DNA of 64,000 nucleotides from a virus: positions 18,611-82,610 of the IMG/VR virus record IMGVR_UViG_3300036770_004568, one strand, 5' to 3'. This document shows positions 9,572-20,592 of the stretch, piece by piece (position 1 is the first letter of the stretch; each line of letters opens with the position of its first letter). Position numbers and translations under genes: made by a program. The notes beneath the pieces were generated by a model that was not told the origin of the DNA, did not search any database, and saw nothing but the letters and a program-made list of their open reading frames with translations.

Positions 9572-12436
9572 ATGGCGCTGAAGTTCTCCATCAAACCTAC
9601 TGATCCAGACGATATTCTCTATTCCCAAGCGGGTCGGCCCACGCTTGATCTGCGTTTTGCATCGAGTAAGAGCCTGGTCGATCACGTCTCAGGTCAGAAC
9701 CTGATTGATTTTACGCGTGGTGGCAATGGCGTCGGGACGTATGTGGGTGCTGATGGACTGATCAAGAACTCAGTCATTAACCTACTGCTGCGGAGTGAGG
9801 AGTATGATAATGCAAGTTGGACAAAATCAAGAACAAGCATCTCAGCAAATGCCGGTGCTGCGCCAGATGGATCAATTACCGCAGACAAGTTAGTTGAAGA
9901 CACGTCAGTCAGTCTTACTCATTTGGCTAGTCAAGACGTAACAGTAACTGCTAACACGACTTACTCTTTCAGTGTTTACGCCAAGGCTGTTGAGCGCAGT
10001 CGATTAAGGATTGACTTTTCCGACGCCTCAAATGGTGCCGATTCCGTCTTCGGCTTATTTAATTTAAGCACTGGTACGGTTGCCAGCTCTGGGGCAGGTG
10101 GTAATGGAACTCTTTCTAGCACTTCGATTCAGTCGGCAGGAGACGGTTGGTACCGCTGCATTGTTGTTGGTAAGTTTAACAACACCGATACCGACGGTCG
10201 TGTTCTTCTTTACTTAGACAACGGCACTACTATTACCTACACAGGCGATGGCGCCAGTGGATTGTTTATCTGGGGCGCTCAACTCGAGCAAGCCTCAACC
10301 GTAGGCGAGTATGTCAAGACTACGTCTAGCCTCTCCGGCGCCCCACGCTTTGACCACACTCCTGTGACGGGTGAGAGCTTGGGTTTGCTGGTAGAGGAGG
10401 CTCGGACAAACTTCCTGTTGCGCAGCGAGGAGTTCAATGATGCAAGTTGGAGCAAGAACAACGGAACTATTTCTAGTAACCTATCATCTGCTCCCAATGG
10501 TCTTAATACCGCAGATGCATTTATTCCGGATGCAATAACAGGGCTTACCTACTTACAGCAACAGCCTGCACCACTATCGGCTGGTAGTGTTTACACATTC
10601 AGTATTTTTCTAAAAGCATCAGGGTATTCTTGGGTATTTCTTGATGCTTTTGATGGTACCAATAATCGAACTTGGTTTGATTTATCAAATGGTACCATTG
10701 GTACTGTGACTGCTGGCAACACCTCTACTATTACATCTTATGGTAATGGATGGTATCGCTGTACTCTAACTAGAACTGCTGCACTTACTACAGTTAACTA
10801 TGCGATAGCGGTTGTTACCGGAAACAATTTCCAGAATATTACAGCAAATGGGACATCAGGGATTCTTCTTTGGGGTGCTCAAGTTGAAGCCGGAGCATTT
10901 GCTACTAGCTACATTCCGACTGCTAGTCTTGCTGTAACACGCAATGAAGATGTTGTTAGTATTGTAGGTGCTAACTTTAGGCGATGGTATAGGCAAGCTG
11001 AAGGCGCATTTTACGCTGAAGCTTGTCCTCTCCTGGAGGCGTCTGTATCATCAATTATCCTAAGTGCATCAAATGGTACTTCGACTGATCGTCATACAAT
11101 AACTAGAAACCTGACATCTAGTAATGCGCGTATCTTTTCAAACGTTGCTGGCGTTATTCAGGTTCAATCTGATCTTGGTGTTTGGACTGGAAAGGGTCGA
11201 ATTGCCTATGGATATGCTGCAGATAACTTTGCTGGATCCCTCAATGGAGCTTCTCCTGCCGTCGATACTGCAGGATCAGTGCCAATTGTCAGTGATCTTT
11301 ATATCGGCAGGCGTTCTGATGCAACAACCAACATGATCAATGGTACAGTCTCTAGAATCGCCTATTTTGACCGACGACTTCCCAACGCCACGCTCCAGGC
11401 GATCACCAGCAGTACACCTCCTGCAACGTATGGGAATCTGGTTTTGAACAATGCTAATGATCCGGCTGCCATTGCTGGTGTTCAACCCACACTGGATTAC
11501 CGTTTTGCACGGGATAGGCGTGAGATTGAATCTGTCAGCCTGACGGATAAGCTGACGTACACCGGAGACAATGGCACGTTTGTTGGTTCGGATGGAACCA
11601 TTCAACGTGCAACCACCAATGTCCCCAGGTTTGACCATGACCCGGTCAGTCGGCTTAGCAAGGGGTTATTGGTTGAGGTAAGTCGTGAAAATCTTATTAC
11701 TTGGAGTGAACAGGCCGACAATGCTGCATGGCTTAAAGTTCGATGCTCGATCACGCCAAATGCCGCTACCGCACCAGATGGTCTGCTTACAGCGGATAAA
11801 TTAGTTGAAGACACGTCAAACAATACTCACCGGCTGTATGCGTCAAACGCAACCATTACGGCTGGAGCAACTGTTACTTTTTCGACATTCTTTAAACCTG
11901 CAGAGCGATCTCAGATCAACCTTTTTGTTGATGAAGTTGGTGGAGCCAGCTTTAGTGCATATGCTTCTGCGTCGGGAATTTCTGGTTCTGGTTTTACGGG
12001 AACTGGTTCATATCTATCTGGTTCAGTCACTCCTTATCCAAATGGTTGGTATCGAGCATCAATTACTGGTTCATTGGGCGGTGTAATTACAGCAATCCGT
12101 GAATCTGTATTTACTGCAATTACTAATAACACATCATATCAGGGCGATGGATCTAGTGGTCTTTTCTTGTGGGGCGCTCAACTTGAATCTGGAACATCTT
12201 TTACTACCTATATTCCTACCAGCTCCACAGCAATAACCCGGACCGCCGACTCAGCCGTCATCAATGGCACCGGAGTCATCACCGGCACCTACACGATGAT
12301 CGAAAAGCCTACTGGTTGCGCACTTGTCTCTGGAAGCAACATCAACCTTCAAGCAGGCTATACAGCAGAACGCGTTATGGTCTTTCCTGCTGCTTTGTCT
12401 GCTCAACAGATCACAGATATACGCAATGCGATGTGA
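9572..12436 (+). CDS. virion fibre/spike protein with repeated carbohydrate-binding-like modules
   Basis: 954 aa, G/T/S-rich; repeated NLLLRSEE...GWYR...WGAQLE and PRFDH.P...GLLVE modules. Confidence 0.75.
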   Translation: MALKFSIKPTDPDDILYSQAGRPTLDLRFASSKSLVDHVSGQNLIDFTRGGNGVGTYVGADGLIKNSVINLLLRSEEYDNASWTKSRTSISANAGAAPDGSITADKLVEDTSVSLTHLASQDVTVTANTTYSFSVYAKAVERSRLRIDFSDASNGADSVFGLFNLSTGTVASSGAGGNGTLSSTSIQSAGDGWYRCIVVGKFNNTDTDGRVLLYLDNGTTITYTGDGASGLFIWGAQLEQASTVGEYVKTTSSLSGAPRFDHTPVTGESLGLLVEEARTNFLLRSEEFNDASWSKNNGTISSNLSSAPNGLNTADAFIPDAITGLTYLQQQPAPLSAGSVYTFSIFLKASGYSWVFLDAFDGTNNRTWFDLSNGTIGTVTAGNTSTITSYGNGWYRCTLTRTAALTTVNYAIAVVTGNNFQNITANGTSGILLWGAQVEAGAFATSYIPTASLAVTRNEDVVSIVGANFRRWYRQAEGAFYAEACPLLEASVSSIILSASNGTSTDRHTITRNLTSSNARIFSNVAGVIQVQSDLGVWTGKGRIAYGYAADNFAGSLNGASPAVDTAGSVPIVSDLYIGRRSDATTNMINGTVSRIAYFDRRLPNATLQAITSSTPPATYGNLVLNNANDPAAIAGVQPTLDYRFARDRREIESVSLTDKLTYTGDNGTFVGSDGTIQRATTNVPRFDHDPVSRLSKGLLVEVSRENLITWSEQADNAAWLKVRCSITPNAATAPDGLLTADKLVEDTSNNTHRLYASNATITAGATVTFSTFFKPAERSQINLFVDEVGGASFSAYASASGISGSGFTGTGSYLSGSVTPYPNGWYRASITGSLGGVITAIRESVFTAITNNTSYQGDGSSGLFLWGAQLESGTSFTTYIPTSSTAITRTADSAVINGTGVITGTYTMIEKPTGCALVSGSNINLQAGYTAERVMVFPAALSAQQITDIRNAM

Positions 12437-12493
12437 TATCTGATCAACTAGAATAGTCGTTAGCAAGTCTCTTCGTTCCAGGGTATTGGGGTC

Positions 12494-14359
12494 ATGGGTG
12501 TCAAGATTACAGGTGCTGTTGGTAAAGATGATGATAAGCTCTATTCACTAGCTGGTACACCTACGCTTGATCTTAGATTTGCATCAACCAAAAGTCTGAC
12601 AGACTATGTCTCAGGTAAGAACCTGATCACGTTCACCAGGGCCAGCACTGGGACGTACGTGGACTCCGATGGCGTGATCCGCAGCGCAGCGACGAACTTG
12701 CTGCTCAGGAGTGAGGAGTTTGATAATGCGAGTTGGTCACGTGTGCGGCTAAGTACCGTTAATGCTAATGGAGCAGTTTCCCCTAACGGGACGCTTTCCG
12801 CTGATGAGATGGTAGTGGACACAGCAAATGGCACGCATTCAATCTATAGTAATACTATTTCCTCTACCACTGCGACCTATTCAGCAAGTGTTTACCTAAA
12901 AGCAGGGACTTCAAACTTTGCCTTTTTTGGCTTGACTGATTTGGCAACAGGTGGTGCTGAAAGAAGGATCAACCTTTCTACGGGGGTCGTTGATACTGTC
13001 AATATCGGAGGAGCAGGTTCTTGGACTTCTGTTTCTTCGACTGTTGCCTCTGTTGGCAACGGTTGGTACAGGCTTACAGTGACGGCAACTCAGGGGGGCG
13101 GTACTAGCGTTGCACTCCAGGTACTTGTCGGAAATTCAAGTGGTCAGCGCACTTACTTAGGAAACAACACAGATAGTGTTTACGCATGGGGCGCCCAACT
13201 AGAACTCGGCTCCACGGCCACAACGTACATCCCAACAGGTGCCACGATCAATTCGGCGCCACGCTTCGACCACAACCCGCTCACGGGCGAGTGCCTGGGG
13301 TTGTTGGTCGAGGAGAGCAGAACCAACAGCATTCGCAACAACACGATGGTCGGTGCGGTAGCTGGTACGCCGGGGACGTTGCCAACGAATTGGAGTGAAA
13401 GCCTTGCCGGGCTAACGCGAGAAGTTGTCGGGACAGGAACAACAAACGGCATCAACTGGATTGACCTAAGACTCTCAGGTACATCAACTGGCACGGTTGT
13501 CAATCTCTCAATGGAAGCAATCAATGTGGCGGTGGCTGCTGCTGGTCAGAACTGGACCAACTCTTTCTGGATTGCCCGTGTTGGCGGTACTACAACTAAC
13601 GTCACTGGTGTTAACTCACGCATTCGTTCTTACAATTCAACCCCTGCCTTCTTGGGTCAACATGATGGTTCTGCTATCACTTTAACCAGCTCTCTTGTAA
13701 GGCACGAAGCTACCTATTCAAATTTGCCAGCTACAACAGCATTTGTTGAGCCTGTAGTGCGAGTGGTCGTAGCTAATAGCTCTGCCATCGACATCACCCT
13801 CCGCATCGGCCTGCCCCAGTTAGAGCAGGGGGCATTTGCCACTTCAGTCATCCCCACCACCGGCACCGCTGTCACACGCAGTGCGGATATTGCAACTCTA
13901 TCTGGTACTAACTTTTCGAGTTGGTACTTTCCTGCGCAAGGCACTCTATTTGCATCGATGTCTTCTGCATCTGGTGCTGCATATACGGGCTATGTTCTTT
14001 CTGTAGGTCCTGACTTCAATAATACTATTCAGATGTATCGACAATCTGACACACAGCCTGTTGCGCGAGTACGAGTTGGAGGTGTTGATACTTATGGATC
14101 TATCGGCAGTGGTCCTGTTTGGACGGGTACAACACTTGGAAAGTTTGCATTGGCTTTATCACCATCTAGCGGACGCCAAGCATTTAACGGAACATTAGAT
14201 TCGGCTGGTGATGATCTCAATATTACCTTACCTGTTTCGTCAAGCATGTCCATTGGTTCTCTGGCTGGCTCAAGCATTTTTGCAAATGCGCACATTCGAC
14301 GCATTGCTTACTTTGACCGCCGCTTACCCAACGCCACTCTTCAAGCCATCACAACCTAG
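12494..14359 (+). CDS. virion fibre/spike protein (paralogue)
   Basis: 621 aa; same PTLDLRFA, PRFDHNP and RRLPNATLQAIT motifs. Confidence 0.75.
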   Translation: MGVKITGAVGKDDDKLYSLAGTPTLDLRFASTKSLTDYVSGKNLITFTRASTGTYVDSDGVIRSAATNLLLRSEEFDNASWSRVRLSTVNANGAVSPNGTLSADEMVVDTANGTHSIYSNTISSTTATYSASVYLKAGTSNFAFFGLTDLATGGAERRINLSTGVVDTVNIGGAGSWTSVSSTVASVGNGWYRLTVTATQGGGTSVALQVLVGNSSGQRTYLGNNTDSVYAWGAQLELGSTATTYIPTGATINSAPRFDHNPLTGECLGLLVEESRTNSIRNNTMVGAVAGTPGTLPTNWSESLAGLTREVVGTGTTNGINWIDLRLSGTSTGTVVNLSMEAINVAVAAAGQNWTNSFWIARVGGTTTNVTGVNSRIRSYNSTPAFLGQHDGSAITLTSSLVRHEATYSNLPATTAFVEPVVRVVVANSSAIDITLRIGLPQLEQGAFATSVIPTTGTAVTRSADIATLSGTNFSSWYFPAQGTLFASMSSASGAAYTGYVLSVGPDFNNTIQMYRQSDTQPVARVRVGGVDTYGSIGSGPVWTGTTLGKFALALSPSSGRQAFNGTLDSAGDDLNITLPVSSSMSIGSLAGSSIFANAHIRRIAYFDRRLPNATLQAITT

Positions 14360-14433
14360 TTTTTTAGAGTCTTCTAGCTTGATACAGCCATCTTGAATCA
14401 CCAGATAGTTGAACTAGAATAGCTAGATGACTC

Positions 14434-15051
14434 TTGACTGCGGCTATGGCTACTCAATTCACCTGGACGATTGTTGATCTTGAGCGATACACAAAAGATG
14501 GTGTTGTCTATAATGCGCACTACACCGTTAATGCTGATGACGGGTGCTATCAAGCCAGTGTGTATGGTTCGATTGGTTTGACACCTCCATCTACGGATAA
14601 CCTCATTCCGTTTGATCAACTCACCGAAGAGCTTGTCATTGATTGGGTGAAGCGTCATTTCGGATCTGACAAGGTCTCAGAGATTGAAGGCAATCTTCAG
14701 GCCCGCATTGATGAGCAGCACCAACCAGCCACGGCAGCAGGTCTCCCCTGGCAATTCGGCAATCCTGAACCTGCTCCTGTGCAGGATGACGTGATCACCC
14801 CTGAGTCCCTCGACCCAGGGGATGTGGAGGAAGTGTCCGATTCTCCAGTTGAGCCTCTGATCGTTGACGCTCCAGCTGACACCGTTGTTGAAACCGAAGT
14901 GCTGAGCGAAGAAGAGGAAGAGGATCTGGGATACTCCGGTGAAACGGTCTTGATCCGTGCTCGCAACGAACTGGGTCAGTACATTGCTGATGATGGGACC
15001 ACAGAAGGACACAACGAAGCGTGGATTGAAGTGCCGATTGAAGAGGCCTGA
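14434..15051 (+). CDS. paralogue of 9101-9433 with an acidic extension (likely start ATG 14446)
   Basis: FTWTIVDLER...GLPW plus C-terminal RARNELGQYIADD...NEAW. Confidence 0.7.
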   Translation: MTAAMATQFTWTIVDLERYTKDGVVYNAHYTVNADDGCYQASVYGSIGLTPPSTDNLIPFDQLTEELVIDWVKRHFGSDKVSEIEGNLQARIDEQHQPATAAGLPWQFGNPEPAPVQDDVITPESLDPGDVEEVSDSPVEPLIVDAPADTVVETEVLSEEEEEDLGYSGETVLIRARNELGQYIADDGTTEGHNEAWIEVPIEEA

Positions 15052-15103
15052 AGCTTAGGTTCAATTTTCAATTATCGATAGACTGGTCAAAACGTGAAAA
15101 ACA

Positions 15104-16351
15104 ATGGCCAGGCCTAAGCTCTTGTGGGTTGGTGATATCTGTGCGACCACTGGTTTTGCCCGTGTGACCCATAACATCCTCACGCGTCTAGTTGATGATT
15201 ATGAGATTGTGGTTCTTGGTAGCAATTACCATGGGGATCCCCACTCCTATCCTTTCAAGATCTATCCAGCCACCAATCGCTTTACGGGCAATGCCTACTT
15301 CGGTGAGCTTCGCATCCGTGAAGTCGTGCTTATCGAGAAACCCGACATCATTTTCTGCATCAATGACTCCTGGATCATCAATGACCTCTACTCCAAGGTT
15401 CATGATCTCCATGAGAAGAAGCTCTTCAAGTTCGTGGGCTACTACCCAGTCGATGGGGTGAACTGGTTCAACGTCCTCTCCCTATCGGCCAACTCCTGGG
15501 ACCAGGTGTATGTGTACACGCACTTCGGCTGTGTTGAGGCCAAGAAAGCAGCTCTGGTGCAAGAACCCATCTACCTGCCCCATGGTGTTGACACCGATGT
15601 CTTTTACCCCCAGGACAAGACTGAATGCCGTAAACGCCTTGGCCTGCCTCACGATGCGTTCATTGTCTTTAATGGTAACCGCAACCAGCCCCGCAAGCGC
15701 ATTGATCTGACCATTCGCGCGTTTGCCCAGTTTGCGTTGGATGCTCCCAATGCCATCCTCTATCTGCACATGGGCGCTAAGGACATTGGCTGGGACATCA
15801 AGTCCCTCTTTGGCAAAGAGATGGCTCGCTACAACCTCTCTCCTGCTCGCCGTATTGTTCTCTCTGGCCAGGAGCACCGGGGCGTACAAAACGCTTCTAT
15901 CGAATTGCTGAGGGACATTTATGGTTCAGCGGATGTGGGTGTCAATACCTGTGAGGGCGAGGGCTGGGGTTTGGTCAATTTTGAACATGCCGCGTGCCAG
16001 GTGGCGCAGATTGTTCCCAATCACACCAGCTGCAAGGAGATCTTTGATGGCTATGGAGATCTAATTGATGTGGAGCATACCGTGACCGATAAAGACTTTG
16101 GGCGCGAGATGTTCTGCATCAATACTGATTCATTGGCGTCACTGCTATACCGACACTACAGCGATCAGGCCTACAACAAAGCCAAGGCTCAGATGTGCTA
16201 TGAGCGTGTGACAGATACCCAATTCAGCTGGGATACGATTGCAACCTCACTGAGGACATCCTTGAAGGTGTTGCATCAGAAAGACGATCCAGCTTCCATT
16301 GGATTTAAGAGCGAAGCCAAGACGTTCAAGCAAAAGAAAAAGAAGAAGTGA
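15104..16351 (+). CDS. glycosyltransferase (GT4-like)
   Basis: TGFARV, LPHGVD, NRNQPRKRID, EGWGLVNFEHAA. Confidence 0.85.
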   Translation: MARPKLLWVGDICATTGFARVTHNILTRLVDDYEIVVLGSNYHGDPHSYPFKIYPATNRFTGNAYFGELRIREVVLIEKPDIIFCINDSWIINDLYSKVHDLHEKKLFKFVGYYPVDGVNWFNVLSLSANSWDQVYVYTHFGCVEAKKAALVQEPIYLPHGVDTDVFYPQDKTECRKRLGLPHDAFIVFNGNRNQPRKRIDLTIRAFAQFALDAPNAILYLHMGAKDIGWDIKSLFGKEMARYNLSPARRIVLSGQEHRGVQNASIELLRDIYGSADVGVNTCEGEGWGLVNFEHAACQVAQIVPNHTSCKEIFDGYGDLIDVEHTVTDKDFGREMFCINTDSLASLLYRHYSDQAYNKAKAQMCYERVTDTQFSWDTIATSLRTSLKVLHQKDDPASIGFKSEAKTFKQKKKKK

Positions 16352-16553
16352 GGGCATAACAGGGCATAACAGATTGTGCTCCAACCCTGTTGCGGCGCCT
16401 GCAATCTCGGGATCTAGCTAGGCTGTCTGAGCTTCTTCATCTTAGGATGACAAGACGTCGCAACAAGCAAAGAATGCACCAAGGTCATCCTTGTTGACAG
16501 GGTTTTGCTATCTCTATTGACGTTGCGTAGTCCTACGTTGTTTCATAACTTCT

Positions 16554-18860
16554 ATGTCCTCGATCCACATTGTCAAGCGCAATAAGTCCAAGGAAGCCTT
16601 TGATATCGCCAAGATCAGAAAGGTGGTGCAATGGGCCTCGGCTGGTCTCGATGTCAACCCGATGGAGCTGGAGGCCAACCTGGCTCTCCATGTCAAAAAT
16701 GGCATGACCTCTAAGGAGATTCACAGCACCCTCATTGATACGGCGCTGCGTCTTACCTCACCCCAGGAACCTGACTGGCGGCTGCTGGCTGCTCGTTTGA
16801 AGCTCATCGACTTCTACAAGGACGTGCATCTGCGCCGGGGAATGACCTATGAGTATCGCTATCCCAACTACCTCGATACGGTCAAGCTGCTGGTGAAGCA
16901 GGGTCTCTATTCCCCTGTGCTGCTGGAGAAGTACACCGAGAAAGAGCTGATCAAAGCTGGTCAATTTATCAAGCAGGACTATGACCTGGAGTTTGACTTT
17001 GCTGGGATCAACCTGATGATCAAGCGCTACATGATCGAAGGCCCTAAGGGTGTGATGGAGATGCCGCAAGAAGCACTCCTCTCCGCTGCCCTGCTGATTG
17101 AGCAGGACCAGCCCGATGATGTGCGTCTGAGCCGGGTCAAAGAGACCTACACCTACCTGGCCCAGCGCAAGATCTCACTGGCGACACCGATCCTGATCAA
17201 CTTGCGCAAGCCCAACGGCAACCTGTCGAGCTGCTTCATCACCAAGTTCAAGGACGACATCAACTCCATCTTCCACACCATGGAGCAGATCGGTCAGATC
17301 GGATCCAGTGGTGGTGGTGTGGGCGTGTGCGTCACTCCCATCCGTGCCCACGGCGCCCGCATCAAAGGGATTCCTGGTCGTGCCGGTGGAGTGGTGCCCA
17401 ACATCCGCACCATCAATGACATTGCCCTGTACTTCAACCAGGGCGGCAAACGAGCGGGTGCTGTGACCGTGGCCTTGGACAGTTGGCATCTCGACATTGA
17501 GAGCTTTTTGGAGCTGCAGACCGAGAACGGAGACCAGCGCTCCAAGGCCTATGACATCTTTCCCCAGGTGGTGGTCACGGACTACTTCATGGCGTGCGTG
17601 GATAACGATGCTGACTGGTATCTCTTCGATCCCCATGAGGTGCGCGACGGCTTTGGGATTGAGCTGGCGGATCTGTGGGGTTTGGAATTTGAAGAGGCTT
17701 ACAAGATGCTGTGCATGCAAGCTGAAGCGGGCGGCATTGAGCTGTACAAGGTCATCAATGCCAAGACCCTGTACAAGCACATCATGAAGACCCAGCTAGA
17801 GACGGGGATGCCCTATGTCACGTTCAAGGACACCATCAACCGTGCCAACCCCAACCCCCATGTGGGCATCATCCCCTGCACCAACCTGTGCGTGGAATCG
17901 TTCTCGGTGGTACAGCCCAGCTCGGTGAGCAACCTACGCCTGCGTGATGACGTGCTCTACGGCAAGGAGATCGGTAGGGAGTCCGAACCAGGGTTGATCC
18001 ATACCTGCAACCTGGTGTCCATCAACATGGCGAATGTCAAGTTGGAGGAGATGGAGGCGGTGTGCAGGACTTCGGTGCGGATCCTGGATAACTGCATTGA
18101 TATCACTGATGTGCCCGTGGTTGAAGGCTTCCGTCACAACACCCTGCTGCGCACCATTGGTGTGGGCCTGATGGGTCTAGCGGACTACTTCGCCTTGAAC
18201 AATACGAAGTACACCGAGGCTCAGCAGCTCACCGACGAATTGGCTGAGCATTTTGGGTACTGGACCACTAAAGCCAGTATTGATCTGGCCAAAGAGCGGG
18301 GTGCCTATGTCCTCTATGACGGCAGCACCTGGAGCCAGGGTCTGATCAATGGCAAGACGCTGGACTGGTACCGGATCAACAGCAAGACCAATGGTCTGCT
18401 GGATTGGACTCCTCTGTTTGAAGATCTGCAGATCTATGGGGTGCGCAACAGCCACATCCAGGCCATCGCACCCAACACCAGTAGCTCCATCGTGCAGGGC
18501 TGTACGGCTTCGGTGTTGCCGATCTTTAACCGCTTTTACATCGACAACAGCGGGTCCCAGTCTGTTCCTGTGGCACCTCCGTACCTCAAAGACAAGTTCT
18601 GGTTCTACCAGGAGTCCAAGTCCATTGACCAGAAGGTGGTGGTGGACATTGTCAGCCGCCTGCAGCAGTACACCGATACTGGGATCTCCATGGAGCTGCT
18701 GTTCAACCTCAACTCAGGCATTACGGCCAAGGACATCTTTGAGACCCACATGGAGGCGTGGAAGAAAGGCACCAAGGCCATCTACTACACCCGCAGCATC
18801 CAAAAGGACGCTGAAGCGGCCCATGCCGATAAGGAGGTCTGTCTGGCCTGCGCTGGCTAA
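16554..18860 (+). CDS. nrdA: class I ribonucleotide reductase alpha subunit with ATP cone
   Basis: N-terminal VKRN ATP cone; ATPIL, NLSSCF, TNLCVE, CNLVSIN, APNTSSS, AIYY, C-terminal CLAC. Confidence 0.95.
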   Translation: MSSIHIVKRNKSKEAFDIAKIRKVVQWASAGLDVNPMELEANLALHVKNGMTSKEIHSTLIDTALRLTSPQEPDWRLLAARLKLIDFYKDVHLRRGMTYEYRYPNYLDTVKLLVKQGLYSPVLLEKYTEKELIKAGQFIKQDYDLEFDFAGINLMIKRYMIEGPKGVMEMPQEALLSAALLIEQDQPDDVRLSRVKETYTYLAQRKISLATPILINLRKPNGNLSSCFITKFKDDINSIFHTMEQIGQIGSSGGGVGVCVTPIRAHGARIKGIPGRAGGVVPNIRTINDIALYFNQGGKRAGAVTVALDSWHLDIESFLELQTENGDQRSKAYDIFPQVVVTDYFMACVDNDADWYLFDPHEVRDGFGIELADLWGLEFEEAYKMLCMQAEAGGIELYKVINAKTLYKHIMKTQLETGMPYVTFKDTINRANPNPHVGIIPCTNLCVESFSVVQPSSVSNLRLRDDVLYGKEIGRESEPGLIHTCNLVSINMANVKLEEMEAVCRTSVRILDNCIDITDVPVVEGFRHNTLLRTIGVGLMGLADYFALNNTKYTEAQQLTDELAEHFGYWTTKASIDLAKERGAYVLYDGSTWSQGLINGKTLDWYRINSKTNGLLDWTPLFEDLQIYGVRNSHIQAIAPNTSSSIVQGCTASVLPIFNRFYIDNSGSQSVPVAPPYLKDKFWFYQESKSIDQKVVVDIVSRLQQYTDTGISMELLFNLNSGITAKDIFETHMEAWKKGTKAIYYTRSIQKDAEAAHADKEVCLACAG

Positions 18861-18904
18861 CCAACCCCTCGAACCACGGATTCCCTCAATCAACAACCAG
18901 CACT

Positions 18905-19942
18905 ATGGAACGGCAGAAACTGTTTGATCCCACGGGCGACGATTCTCTGGAGACACGCTCAATCATTGGTGGTCATAGCACCAACATCCTCAACCTCAAC
19001 AATGTGCGCTTTCGCTGGGCACCCAAGTTGTACCGCACCATGCTGGAAAACTTCTGGGTGCCGGAGAAGGTCGATCTGAGCGGCGATAAGGAGTCGTACA
19101 AGAAGCTCACACCCGATGAGGAGATCGCCTATGACGAGATCCTCTCGTTTTTGATCTTCCTCGACAGTATTCAGACCAATAACATCGGGAACATCAACGA
19201 CTACATCACGGCACCGGAGGTCAAGGTGCTGTTGGCCATCCACCAGTACCAGGAAGCGATTCACAGCCAGTCGTATCAGTACATCATTGAGACGATTGTA
19301 GCAATGAACAAGCGCAACCTGATCTATGACTACTGGAGAAAAGACAACGTCCTGCTTTCTCGTAACTCCTACATTGCCAACATCTACCAGGCGTTCCTGG
19401 AGTCGCAGACCGATGCCAACTTTGCCAAGGTCCTGATTGCCAACTACTTGCTAGAAGGGCTCTACTTCTACAACGGATTTAACTTCTTCTACAACTTGGC
19501 ATCGCGTGATCTGATGCTGGGAACAGCTGAGATCATCCGCTACATCCAGCGTGATGAGCTGACCCACTGCCTTCTCTTTGAATTTATCATCAAGGAGATC
19601 AAGCGTACTCGTCCCACCTTCTTTGATGAGGAGGTGATCGAGGAGATGGTCAGGCAGGCTGTGGACCAGGAGATCACCTGGACCAATCACATTGTGGGTA
19701 ACAAGATCTTGGGGGTCTCTGAGGAGACAACGGATCAATACACCAAGTGGTTGGCCAATGATCGTTGGCGCAAGCTGGGGTTCAAGGGACAGCTCTACAA
19801 GGGCTATGCCAAGAACCCCTACAAGCACCTGGAGGCCTTTGCCGATACCGGTGGTCAGGGATCAGTGAAGAGCAACTTCTTTGAGTCCAGCATCACCTCC
19901 TACAACCTCTCCAGTGCGGTGGAGGGTTGGAATGACTTCTGA
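18905..19942 (+). CDS. nrdB: class I ribonucleotide reductase beta subunit
   Basis: NFWVPE, FLDSIQ, QEAIHSQSY, LEGLYFY, RDELTH, NFFE. Confidence 0.93.
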   Translation: MERQKLFDPTGDDSLETRSIIGGHSTNILNLNNVRFRWAPKLYRTMLENFWVPEKVDLSGDKESYKKLTPDEEIAYDEILSFLIFLDSIQTNNIGNINDYITAPEVKVLLAIHQYQEAIHSQSYQYIIETIVAMNKRNLIYDYWRKDNVLLSRNSYIANIYQAFLESQTDANFAKVLIANYLLEGLYFYNGFNFFYNLASRDLMLGTAEIIRYIQRDELTHCLLFEFIIKEIKRTRPTFFDEEVIEEMVRQAVDQEITWTNHIVGNKILGVSEETTDQYTKWLANDRWRKLGFKGQLYKGYAKNPYKHLEAFADTGGQGSVKSNFFESSITSYNLSSAVEGWNDF

Positions 19943-19964
19943 GACGCACTGAGACAATCATGAG

Positions 19965-19991
19965 AAAGCCCCTCGAACCAGGGGCTTTTTT
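19965..19991. terminator. intrinsic terminator between convergent genes
   Basis: aaagcccct-cgaacc-aggggcttttt. Confidence 0.75.
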
Positions 19992-20014
19992 CATGCCTTC
20001 CGTTGGCTCGGAGA

Positions 20015-20476
20015 TCAGTGCAGCTCGCAGGCTCCTGTTGAACTCTCACAGGTGGGGCAGTACTCAGACTCCAGTGCCACGTCGTCGTAGGCGTCGGTCT
20101 CAGCCGGTGGGGGCACCAGCTCAGCAATGCGCTCCGAGAGGGCTGTGACGGTCTGATTAAGGCCTTCCAGCTCCTGTTTGATCTCACGGTTGCTGGTGTA
20201 GTTGAAGATGCCTTCGCGCTTGTTGAGGGCGTCAGGATCGTTCGCCATCAGGTAAGTGCGTGCGTCCTCATCAGTGGAAGAAGCAATGGATTCAAAGATG
20301 TTCCAGAGCACCTCACTGGTCAGTTCACGGGAGTTGATGCCGAACTTAGCGAGTTCGGTGTCCATCGACTGCATCAGATCAGCCGTCTCCCTGGTTTTGG
20401 CAAGGAACAGCTCCTTGTACTTCTCTTTCTCCAGGCCGTAGTAGTTCACGCTGCCCATGGTATTCGCTATTTGCAA
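20015..20476 (-). CDS. hypothetical protein (likely start MGSVNY near 20459)
   Basis: Acidic coiled-coil ORF ending YCPTCESSTGACELH. Confidence 0.65.
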   Translation of the reverse strand: MQIANTMGSVNYYGLEKEKYKELFLAKTRETADLMQSMDTELAKFGINSRELTSEVLWNIFESIASSTDEDARTYLMANDPDALNKREGIFNYTSNREIKQELEGLNQTVTALSERIAELVPPPAETDAYDDVALESEYCPTCESSTGACELH

Positions 20477-20592
20477 ATCACGAATCCAGTCTAACTAAAT
20501 TACAGAACTACGCCTTATCTCTAGCCACCAACATCGCGACCTGTGGAATACTTTCGCAAAGGGTGTGGGATGCGTGATGGATGCAAGAGTGC

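Noticed and set aside
16758-19828. Long antisense and alternate-frame ORFs over nrdA and nrdB (similar ones lie over the primase and fibre genes)
   Set aside because: Shadow ORFs from the codon bias of the real genes; no recognisable motifs.
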